64,000 nt of DNA from assembly GCA_040954595.2 (NCBI GenBank), contig CM082583.2, forward strand, positions 10,243,656-10,307,655, given 5' to 3'. Positions 1 to 10,215 of the stretch are shown in pieces. Under the pieces are notes generated by a model, which was not told the origin of the DNA, made no database searches, and saw only the letters and a list, made by a program, of their open reading frames with translations. Source of the stretch: Balanoglossus misakiensis (Eukaryota > Animalia > Hemichordata). How positions within the stretch are numbered: position 1 is the stretch's first letter; each line of letters opens with the position of its first letter. The translations under genes were made by a program, and so were the position numbers.

Positions 1-369
1 GCCGTTTCTGAGAAGGTAAGTTGGAGGCTACTTTCATATCTGCCTTGTCAAACATGTAATCCCATCTCAGTCAGAGAGTTTGCAGCCATGGTTCAGAAAC
101 ATCTTGATTTAATAGATGCAATCACTTTTTATGACTATGGTAATCTCGCTCAAATGGTCAATGGGGGAAATGGTTTGACTCTGTACTCTGTTCTTTTCTC
201 ATTTCAGTATGGGCTGGCTGGAAGATTGGCTGAATGCTGTCAGCATCTGCTGAGGCCAACGACTGGCATCCAGTGCATCTTGCATTGCTACACCAGGGTG
301 GATGAGAACAGCGTTGCCATGGAGAGGACGTTTCATTTGCATGGAATAGTGGGTGTGACAGTTGCCTAG
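1..369 (+). CDS. 3' end of an unidentified gene (partial): exon ending at 15, intron 16-207, terminal exon from 208
   Basis: Strong donor AAG|GTAAGT at 15/16, and a polypyrimidine tract + CAG acceptor (ttcttttctcatttcag) ending at 207. Two frames are open across the junction: ...AVSEK|YGLAGRLAECCQHLL...GVTVA* (stop 369) or ...PFLR|SMGWLEDWLNAVSIC* (stop 253). Neither peptide is recognised. AATAAA at 680-685. Confidence 0.5.
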   Translation, partial: AVSEKVSWRLLSYLPCQTCNPISVREFAAMVQKHLDLIDAITFYDYGNLAQMVNGGNGLTLYSVLFSFQYGLAGRLAECCQHLLRPTTGIQCILHCYTRVDENSVAMERTFHLHGIVGVTVA

Positions 370-506
370 CAATGATACCCAGCATTTTACTGGTCGTCCC
401 AAGTGGATCAACAGATCCAGATACCAGGTGATTTGATCACTTATATATAACTGGGATTGACATCAACAAAACACAAACAATCGTTAATTTGAATCTCTGA
501 ACATGT

Positions 507-512
507 TTTATT
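507..512 (-). terminator. Putative poly(A) signal (AATAAA) of SIRT6
   Basis: TTTATT on the + strand; the first AATAAA on the - strand downstream of the SIRT6 stop at 759. Confidence 0.5.
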
Positions 513-679
513 CAATGAATATCAAAAAACTCTCAAACTTAAAAGTCATCTGAATAACTTTTTTTTCAAAATGTGAAATGACGATCATGTGCGTACAATT
601 TGCCTTGAACTCAAAATTAGAACCTTTGAAAACTACTCCTGAGTCAACCTTTTTTGCATTACATGTAGATGTGAAAATG

Positions 680-685
680 AATAAA
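680..685 (+). terminator. Putative poly(A) signal (AATAAA) of the upstream unidentified gene
   Basis: First + strand AATAAA after the terminal exon; T/GT-rich sequence follows at ~720-755. Confidence 0.4.
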
Positions 686-758
686 AAACTGGAATCTTGG
701 GTTCAAAGGACTAATACCCTGTTTCTTAAGGCATGTTCTCCTGTGACGGTTGTCTGAA

Positions 759-3700
759 TTATGTTTTTAATTTCTTGTCCCTGTGCAGGCAGTCTGCATC
801 AATCCCACTCTCTTGGACTGTCCTGTTTTTGATGAGACTGTTGGTGATAACATCACTGCAGCCATCACTCTGGTCAAACACATGATTTAAATGTGGCGGT
901 GTTTTCTCAGCAGGGCGCTCACTGGAGCAACCTGTTATTTCCTTGGAAGCAGTATGTGCAGATTCGCACTGTCCAGTGGGCTCATTGCCCTCAGCTGCTG
1001 TGCTCAGATTGGAACTGTTGACTGCGGAGTGTCCACTTCCAGAAACAGTTTCTGGGTTTATCGCATTGGCAATGTGATTGGGTTTGTTGGCATATTTGTC
1101 ATTCTTTGCAACGTTCTCTGCATGCTTTGAGATGTGCTTCCCTATTGGTGCTGATTTCTTGTCACTTTCAAGTTCTGATTTGTTTATAGGTTCTGGTTCA
1201 GAATTACTGGCTTGATTTGGCTCCAATTTGATGGCTGACTCAGTTGACTCAGACTCCGACTTGATTCCAGGCTCGGGTTCCGACTTGACTAATGGTACAG
1301 TTTCTACTTTAATCATTCTTTCTTTGAAGGGCACTTTCACCATCGTCGGGTGCTGTGATTTGAGAACCACATTTTGGCCTCTGTACTCTGGTATTGGAAG
1401 ACCAAGTTTTTGCATTAATTGGCTCATGATGTCGTCTACAAAGCCATGAATCAAAACATCTGCCTTCTTGTCCTGTAAAAAACGCAATCAAAGTTTAGAA
1501 CCTTCTAAATATTGGAATAGTCTTGCTTGAATATCTCAGGAAAGGTATAGTACATGTACAATATAGAAAACTCACATGTTTAGTTGGCTGCAGGTTGCAG
1601 ATGACCAGCTTGCCATTTTTCTTCTTTGTCAGCAGGGGAAGATTTGCACTGGGTATGATTTGCAATGATGTGCCAAGACACAGACACACGTCTGCTTTCC
1701 TGTGAGTGACAACGAGTGAAAGTTAGTAAGGACATAAAAGACCCTCACTGAATGAAAGCTTGTTTGTCGAACATGATTGAAAGTGTGTAACATTGAATGG
1801 AAGTTTTTGAACACAGTGAAAGTTGTTAGCATTGAGTGAGAAATAGGGCATTCTCCTTTACCTGGAATGTTCATCTGCCAGGTACAAATCTCTTGCTGGT
1901 AACGAATCTTCCCAATCCAGTATTGTGTCGTGTAATCTACCTCTGACAGCGTGAATAATTAACAGAAAAAAACGTATATCACACCTACATTATACATCAG
2001 AAGCCATGTTGCAAAGCTATTCTAGACTTGCATGTATGGTACTCTATTGTAAGGTTTACATGAGTAACTTGATATTTATACCAGTATTACTGGAGAAGTA
2101 TCAAGTAAACTGTTCCACTTTTGCTAATTCCTCCAGCAAGAAGACAAACACTTTTCTTACAATCAGTTATATAGAAATTTGAGAAGCAAGCAATTTTTAT
2201 CCAAACGATGAATATTTGAAAATGACAAACTAATATGTAACATTATCTCCGTGCATGAAATATGAATGATGGGTTTACTTGAAAAGAGGATAGGAACCTT
2301 CAATGTAATTTAAGACAAAACTGTATGCAACTTTGAGCAGCACAGCAAGAAAATGTAACAGTATCATAATTAAGTACGAATTATATGTAATCCGATCAAA
2401 TGAAAATGTGAAAAAAGAAAATATTTTATATTTCACGATATATTTTTCAACAATGACATATATATGTATTACACCCACTGACCTGCATCTTCCCATGGAC
2501 TTATTCCAGCTGCAAAGATTTCCAGTTAATTTCAACCCCACAGTTGGTACAGGTTTGTCTCTCACATATTGTCTAAGTCGGGAGAGATGAGATTTATGAA
2601 ATTATATGCTACAATTATGAGCACGTCAACATTCCTTCATCACCATCTCTGTGTTGAAGGAGGTCTTGCCAACATTACCATCTTTTCAGGATGGATTACG
2701 GATGAATATATGTGTCGGACTCCGATGCCCTTTTGGGTCAATCTGGGTGCTAGCTTTCCAATGCAGAACAGATTTGAAGACCTGTTGATGATATGCAGAG
2801 CAACACAACAACCATTTTCTTCTGCATACAGGATGTATGTACTGTTGACCATTATCACTCACCTACCACACTTGTCACACTCTTCAATAAACATGTTTCC
2901 GTGTAATTCAGAAAAACGGTCCCTGAAAAAAAAAGTGAAGTCCATGAAGAGAGATGGCAGCATTAAAGAATTCTGACAAATACAACTCTGAATTTCCAGC
3001 TGAATGCATTATGCTTTGTATTGCTTCTACAAATTACAATTTGCAACAATTCTCAAGGACTCTATCCGATACTTTCTCTGCTAATTTCACCACATGTCTC
3101 CTTCGACAGAAAAGGTTACAGAAAATATTCAAATGTCAGCCTGATGGAATTCTCACTTTGGCAATCCTGATTTGAGGTGCAATCCATCCACATTTTGACT
3201 GACTACATATTTTAGTATCCCGGCTCTCTCCAATTCAACCAGTGCCATGTGCGTTTTGGTTGGTTTGGCCGTGTCAAAGGTCACATCGAGTTTGGGCACC
3301 TCCCCTTTCCTTTCAAGTGTCCACACACCTTTTGGCCCTCTGTGTGTTAAAGTGTGAGAGTATATCATGAGTGTGTAATATATGATATTGCTTTTCAACT
3401 TTAAAAATGATTCCTCCAAATTGGTCTGCGGCCATGGATTAAGATTATTTCCCACCTGAAGTCTGGAATGCCTGCTGATGTACTGATACCAGCACCCGTA
3501 TGAACAACAAGGTGTTTGCACTTCTGGATAATGCTTGCCAAAGTTTCAATCTTTTCTGCTATAACCTCCGGGCTGTCAAATTTCTAAGAAAAAGAATCGA
3601 CAAAATATCATCAACTTGTGTGAGAAACCTGATCCCAGATCCTTGGGGTGTCAGAGATTCTATAAGTCTCTTTCATATGAATTTCCAATACGTATACAGT

Positions 3701-3874
3701 GCTTGAAATGTTACATCAAAATTGCATATTAATCTAAATGTGCTGCCAGATGAATAGCTAAGAACTTTAACTGTGACTGGTTTTGCACTGGAAGTTTTGA
3801 TATCTTACCTCAGGGAGACCACATTTTCCTTTATTATCATAGGCCGACAGACCCGCTGCATAGTTTACAGACAT
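759..3874 (-). CDS. SIRT6: NAD-dependent protein deacylase sirtuin-6, 481 aa, 8 coding exons
   Basis: Exons (- strand): 3874-3809, 3583-3456, 3339-3157, 2922-2863, 2572-2483, 1942-1862, 1699-1576, 1472-759. All GT-AG, phases compatible, 1446 nt in total. Diagnostic N-terminus [22 protein letters not shown]. Motifs [31 protein letters not shown], catalytic ELHGNMF, Zn cysteines CDKC...C...[24 protein letters not shown]. Confidence 0.97.
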
Positions 3875-4231
3875 CTTTCATACAGTCAGTCAGCTGGTCG
3901 GTCTGTTTCACATGTAGAAATGTACATCTCAAATGTATGTGTAGTGAATGTAGTAAAGACTTAGCAAACTAACACACACAAACCCTTTAACTTGTCGGAA
4001 TAACTGTCAACCAGTTTAATAATATCCGACAATCCTTTAGAATCCTTTAGTTTGCCTTACTGCGATATAAATTTAATTTTCAATATAATGTACGTTAGTC
4101 TTTAGTGTTCGGATCGATTTCAAAGTAATTTTTTCCTTTTCTTTACTTAAAAAAAGGCGGCCATACTAATATGGACTACCCAGCATGTTACATATTTTCC
4201 TAGTCACATTTTCGCACAGTAATCTGCCAAA
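3875..4231. promoter_or_regulatory. Putative bidirectional promoter shared by SIRT6 and CCT3
   Basis: Divergent start codons at 3874 (-) and 4232 (+). YY1-like GGCGGCCATACT (4156-4167) and a Staf/ZNF143-like CTACCCAGCATG (4176-4187). A second YY1-like CGCCATGTT lies at ~4419 in CCT3 intron 2. A possible SIRT6 5'-UTR intron has a donor GTAAGG at ~4060 and an acceptor at ~3903 (- strand). Confidence 0.65.
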
Positions 4232-7200
4232 ATGATGCGACAAGGCAATGCCCCTGTGTTAGTTCTGAGTGAGTATAACTTCAGTTCATTTGTAGAAATT
4301 TGCTTTCGACAAATCGGAACAATCGAATGACTGTTTTGTTGTGATTTCAGATCAAAACACAAAGCAAGAATCCGGACGAAAAGTGCAACTCGGCAATGTT
4401 GCTGCGGCTAAGGTAGGTCGCCATGTTGGATCTCTCTTGAAATTCACGTGGTCTGCAAGCGTGGACCTGTCATCTGAACACTAAATAGTCTTTGAAAAGG
4501 AATGGCTGGACAATTCCGTAATAATTTCAAGTGTAACGTGGTTATTTAAGTGCGATTGCTAGCAATGTCATAAAATCCCAAAATACATGAATTATTAATC
4601 ACGATGCATAAATCATGACATTGATCATTGATGTACATTTCTATGAGTCAGTCGTGAATTTACTGTACACTGTCACAGTAAAGTGGGAATTATAACTGCA
4701 ATTCTAGAAATTAAAGAAAGTTAACATATTGAATTGTGTTTATGCCTGTATAGACAATTGCTGATGTGATTAGAACGTGTCTGGGTCCAAGATCTATGAT
4801 GAAGGTGAGTACGTCTTGAAACACCCCAAGCAAATGGCAGAACATGTTGATCAAGGATTTCAATGCATAAATTGACTGAATCAGACTCATGTAGGAAAAG
4901 AACCGAACATAACTCATCCATGAACTTTTGCAAATGCTCATACAATAGAAAAATGTATTTAAAAAAATGAGAATATGATCAATTCAATAAACAAAATTCA
5001 AGATTGCCATGGCAACAATGTGATGTGAACAAACACGACTGAAGCGGTTTGAAGTGTTTTTCACCATCATGTTTTTGTCAGAATATGTTGTTTTCTACTG
5101 TAAAATGGGACCTCCCGAGGGGTTAATTGGGTTAAGAGATTAACCTTGAACTTCAACAGAAATGAGTTTTTTTGGTAATAATGAATAATTTTAAATTTCA
5201 GATGTTGATGGACCCCATGGGTGGTATTGTAATGACAAATGATGGCAATGCAATCTTGAGAGAGGTAAGCTAGGCTTTTGTAGTGTTGTCAGCAGGTTTT
5301 TGTGTGAATGAAAAGCCTATAAATAGTTTGTACTTTAAATTACAGTTCAGTTATAAAGCAAGAAAAGTGGCAATTTCTGTTATTTTCCATATGTTATTCT
5401 ATGTGTTTTCTTTTCATGTCAAGGAAAATATTTTTACGATAGTGCAGTATAGTTTTTCTAGTGAACAATGAACTGAGTTCAATAGCCACCAGTATGGAAC
5501 CTGTTGAATTAAAGTTTGTGTGGATTTACAGATTACTGTTCAGCATCCTGCTGCCAAGTCTATGATTGAAATCAGCCGTACGCAAGATGAGGAAGTTGGT
5601 GATGGAACCACATCAGTCATCATCTTAGGTAAACCTAAAATCAAAAGTACAATCTATGCAGATCAATTACAATTTACCGAAGTTAGCAACGCGGAAACGA
5701 TATGTGTCAGTCTTTGCAAACATTTGTAGATTTTTTTCAATCATGCTAGAAATGTTTTATTTTTTCCCCCCAGCTGGTGAATTCATGGCAGCAGCGCAAC
5801 CTTTCCTAACACAGCAGATGCATCCAACTGTGATAATATCTGCATATAGACAGGCATTAGATGATCTGATAGAGATTACCAGAGATCAAGTCAGGTATGT
5901 CCATATTCTAGTTGTTCTAAGGCAGTGCCGATTTATAAAGTCCCAAACATCATCAAAATTTGACAACAGAAATTGAAACTATTTTTCACTGGACTTTTAT
6001 TTGCAGTAAAACAGTCGATGTGAATGACAATGAAGAATTGAGGAAGATAATTCACAGCTCTGTAGGAACCAAATTCATCAACAGATGGTATGTAGTGTGT
6101 GTTACTTATGATTATATTGTTTGGACTGAACCATGTTGATGGTAGAGTTAAAAGTATAACACTTCTTTCTACGTCACTTTGTTTACACAGGGCTGACATG
6201 GCTTGTCAGATTGCATTAGATGCTACGAAAACGGTGGCCTTGGAAGAGAATGGGCGCAAAGAAATTGATATCAAAAGATATGCTAAAGTTGAGAAAGTGA
6301 GTTGTATTTTTAAGCCTCTTGCCAATCAATCTTTATGATAAATCAACAATGAAATCAATGTGTTACATATAACTGACTATACTTGCCTAGACATGCTTTT
6401 AGGTTCTCCAATGCAGTAAGCCAAAATGACACATTGTGAATTTTGATTCCTACAGGTTCCAGGCGGTATGATCGAAGAGTCCTGTGTGTTGCGCGGTGTC
6501 ATGGTCAACAAGGATGTCACCCATCCCAAGATGAAGAGAAAAGTCACCAACCCAAAGATCATTCTCCTTGATTGCTCTCTGGAATACAAGAAGGGAGAAA
6601 GCCAGGTGAAATATAGTTTCAATTACGGCAGTTTTTGAGGGATATCCAGTGCCCATCTTCAAAGTTGCCTTGATGTTTGTCGGAATGTGCAATTGATAAA
6701 TCAAAACTAAATGACTACCAAATCGCTACCAAATCCTAATCAACTATTGCATCTGTTGGTCTTTATTTCAGACAAGTCTGGAGCTGATGAAAGACACCGA
6801 CTTCTCCCGCATCTTGCAACTGGAGGAGCAGTACATTCAAAAGATCTGCGAGGACATCATTCGATTCAAACCAGACGTCATATTTACAGAGAAGGGCATC
6901 TCGGATTTAGCTCAACACTACCTGGTGAAGGCTAACATCACTGCGGTTAGACGTGTACGTAAATCTGACAACAACAGAATTGCGAGGTACGTTTTTAACC
7001 CCTTCTGATCGTTGGTCTGTTCTTCCGCACCAGTGGTCAAAGTCGGATGGTGTTTGCATGGTCATTGAAGGCTGTATTTTGAATCCTGTTGATGGAATTG
7101 GAAAACACAGTGTCAAACACAAAAAAGTAAATGATGGGTTTTGATTTTCCAGAGCCTGTGGCGCCACAATTGTCAACCGTACGGATGAACTGAGAGAAGA

Positions 7201-8718
7201 AGACATTGGAACAGGAGCCGGTTTGTTTGAAATTAAGAAGATTGGAGATGAGTAAGTGTGTAAATGCTGCAGAGGGATAAAAGAAGTTAAACGGGAAGGG
7301 TTCTTGTAGCGATCTCTGTTGTAGTACTTATTATCTGTGAAAAATAGAAAACTGGAACTAGTGTGATGGCAATGCACCAGAAAGGGGTTCCATACTTAAC
7401 CCTTTCACCTTGATCAATGTCATCTTGCTGACCCCTTTTGCTCATCTCATTGCCCTGGTAGATATTTCTGTTTTGTGACCGAGTGCAAAGATCCCAAAGC
7501 CTGCACAATCTTACTACGTGGCGCTAGCAAGGATATCCTGAACGAGTTGGAACGTAACCTTCAAGACGCCATGAATGTGGCTCGTAATGTCATGGTTGAG
7601 CCGAGGCTGGTTCCTGGAGGAGGCGCCACGGAAATGGCTGTAGCACAGGTGAGTTTCAAGACCACACTTTGTAGGGTCAGCAGTGTAGTAGCTTACTGGA
7701 TGTTTATAAATAATCACCCTAATGATGGAAGATGATATGAATCAAAATTCATGAACCTGCAGACTCAAAGTGGTTGATGAACTTGCACCTTGAATAGGAC
7801 GAGGTTGAATATTCTATTTCTGTCACATGTAGCAATGGAAGATTCTCTTGTTGGGATTTAATTAACCAATGATTTACACTGATTGCATTGCAGGCATTAA
7901 ACGAGAAGGCGAAGAGTATAACCGGAGTTGAACAGTGGCCGTACAGAGCCATTAGCAGTGCATTAGAAGTTATCCCACGAACCCTTATACAGAACTGTGG
8001 TGGTAATACTATACGTACACTAACAGCTCTCAGGGTGAGTGATGTTGGATTGTAATAAATATCCCCCAGATCTTACCCTTTTACCACTGGGAACATTGTC
8101 CTTTTTATTACAGGATAATAATGATCTAAAATTTGATATTTTCTCTTTGTAAGTTACATGCATTAATGCTCGTATTTGCTGATGTTTTTCTTGAAGGCAA
8201 AACACACGCAGCCTGGGAACTCAAGCTGGGGCATTGATGGCGAGAAGGGCACCATAATCGATATGAATGATCTAGGTATATGGGAACCCTATGCAGTGAA
8301 GATCCAGACGTTTAAGACAGCCATGGAGGTAGGTTGAAGTGATTGTGACACTCTTCAGGAACATCCCATACAAAGGATTTCAACCTGAACCCTGCTCCAT
8401 TACTACTTAAGTGTACGTAGTTGTCCATTAGTGGATTGGGCCTGAAGGGCAGCTGAGCCGAGTGTATACAATTATGATGCCTGATTTACATTCTTCCTGG
8501 TATATTTTACATACATTTCAACAATGAAAGAATAAATAACATACAGAATGTCTGTATACTGACTGAGGATCTCACCTGTCTAATCCTCTCTCCTCTAGAC
8601 TGCCATGCTGCTTTTACGGATCGACGACATTGTGTCCGGAACCAAGAAAGCCACCGGAGGCGAAGGAGCTGGAATGGCAGCCCCGACAACCGGAGCACCA
8701 CCTGCGCCCTCAGACTAA
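4232..8718 (+). CDS. CCT3: T-complex protein 1 subunit gamma (chaperonin CCT/TRiC subunit 3), 553 aa, 15 exons
   Basis: Exons: 4232-4268, 4351-4412, 4754-4804, 5202-5264, 5532-5628, 5774-5894, 6007-6087, 6191-6296, 6456-6605, 6772-6986, 7153-7251, 7462-7648, 7894-8034, 8197-8328, 8599-8718. All GT-AG, 1662 nt, open frame. CCT3-typical sequences: [116 protein letters not shown]. Confidence 0.98.
5011..5161 (+). ncRNA. Candidate structured intronic RNA (H/ACA-like layout) in CCT3 intron 3
   Basis: ~69-nt hairpin at 5011-5079 (AATGTGATG/CATCATGTT, TGAA/TTCA, AAACAC/GTGTTT), directly followed by AGAATA (ANANNA box H), then a second region closed by TGTTG/CAACA ending in ACA-gaa. No clear pseudouridylation pocket was found. 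Confidence 0.2.
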
Positions 8719-8777
8719 TTTATTCTGATGCCCTGATTAATCAAATTCCATAGTGTGTTGTAGTCCTGTAGCTTTTT

Positions 8778-8783
8778 AATAAA
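8778..8783 (+). terminator. Putative CCT3 poly(A) signal (alternative distal AATAAA at 9487-9492)
   Basis: AATAAA 60 nt after the CCT3 stop codon. Confidence 0.55.
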
Positions 8784-9929
8784 ACAAAAATGTCATTGCA
8801 CTAGACACAGAGAGAAGATATATATGTACCATTCCAGACAACAGCCGCATGATATACACCAACCTACACGTATGCATCTAGTTCACCGATCTCCGAAGGT
8901 TAAAAATTAAAATTGAAAAAACCTACAAGTATTTATTTCTGGATCAAGATTTCATACTGTGTTATCCGTGGCATTCCCTTCTTGAGATAACTGTGTAATC
9001 CAGTGCTTGTGTTTTGGTGTCATGAAGGTATCAAACACAGCAAGTTTGGCTGTAACAGAATCTGCAGTTCATGATTAAACTATAAAAGCACTTCGTCTCG
9101 GCACTATGGCTGCTTGCTGCTCTATACTTAAAAATACTGTTATGTTTCAAACGCTTGGTGGTCTGCTTTACTCCCAGACATGTCAACTTATATGTGTATA
9201 CAAGAACTTGCAGCATACCTATGCATGTACAGTCATGCAAATCTGTGTTTTCTTGTCTTCCAAGCAACGAAAAAGCCATGTGCATGTCTCACAGTTACAA
9301 GATTGTCATTTGTGTCTGTTAAGGTGTCTTATCGCAAGGACTGTATATTACATGTATGCAGTTTGTCAGTGCAACAAATGCGAAATTCTCCAAAAGGATG
9401 TTACTGTACATGTAAATTGTCTATCCATTTCAATTCCAGCACATCATTTTTTGGCTTTGTGTATTATTATTTTTTGTACGTAATGGAATAAAAATGAGGC
9501 TCTTGAATTCTACCCCAGTGTCAGACTGTGTAGCTTTCCGTCTTTAAGATAAATTCTCACTACCTTAGAAGGCTTTGGGCTACCTATGTGAGTGTTATAA
9601 ATCCTGTGTGGTTGACAATTTCAACATGGCGGACTTCTGCCATGTTTAGTGAATGTGGGGAGTTAGAAGCTAAATAAATAGTAACTATTTTAACTTACAA
9701 AAATGTCAAAATAATAAACGAGTTCTATAATATGCTTTCACAAAAAAACTTTGAGACATATCTTCAGACTCTCACAACAGCGAGTTTTCGACTTTTGTAC
9801 CCACAATGCAGTTTGTCACATGGCCCCCTAGCACAAAGTAGATAATCTATGCAAGATGGCAGACATGGGTGACTTGATGCATGGATGTTTGGTGAGCACA
9901 AGTGTTTGTTCGGCTAATGTAGCTTCTAG

Positions 9930-10215
9930 TCAGAGCCATCTACTCCATGAATCATGGTTGAACTAGGGGCATATATGAATGTACTTTTTGGTGTTGAAGT
10001 GGTGGTGGCTTGGATGGAACTGTGGCCTGCAGACCGGTTCAGCTCTGCCAGGAATGAAGCAACAATCCTGATCAGCTGATTGAAGATGCCCACGTGTAGC
10101 TCACATGGATGGATGCTATTGAGAGGCATCATGGATCAATTGTGAGGGTACCAAACTCCCTGTCAGAAGATGGTGAGGTCAAGACCCGGACACGTGGTTT
10201 AAAAGTCGTGCACTT
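9930..10215 (+). mobile_element. Degenerate fragment resembling the post-RT C-terminal region of an RTE-clade LINE
   Basis: Across frameshifts and stops the + strand gives, in order, TRG-IY..., ELWP..., RNEATILI..., LTWMDAIERHHGSIVRV...PVRRW*GQDPDTW. This follows the motif order I recall for RTE C-termini (TRG-VY...ETW...RND-AMIRW...LRW-GHVER...GRP--TW). Eye comparison only. Confidence 0.35.

Noticed and set aside
7000-7125. Two hairpins in CCT3 intron 10 as an H/ACA snoRNA
   Set aside because: No ANANNA box H between the hairpins.
8035-8570. C/D- or H/ACA-like motifs in CCT3 introns 13-14 (GTGATGT...CTGA; ATGATGC...CTGA; stem TGTAATAAA/TTTATTACA)
   Set aside because: The C boxes are imperfect, the CTGA words coincide with likely branch points, and there is no terminal stem or recognisable rRNA-antisense element.
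891-8701. ORF-track ORFs antisense to or out of frame with SIRT6 and CCT3 exons
   Set aside because: They are shadows of the real coding exons or intron read-through.
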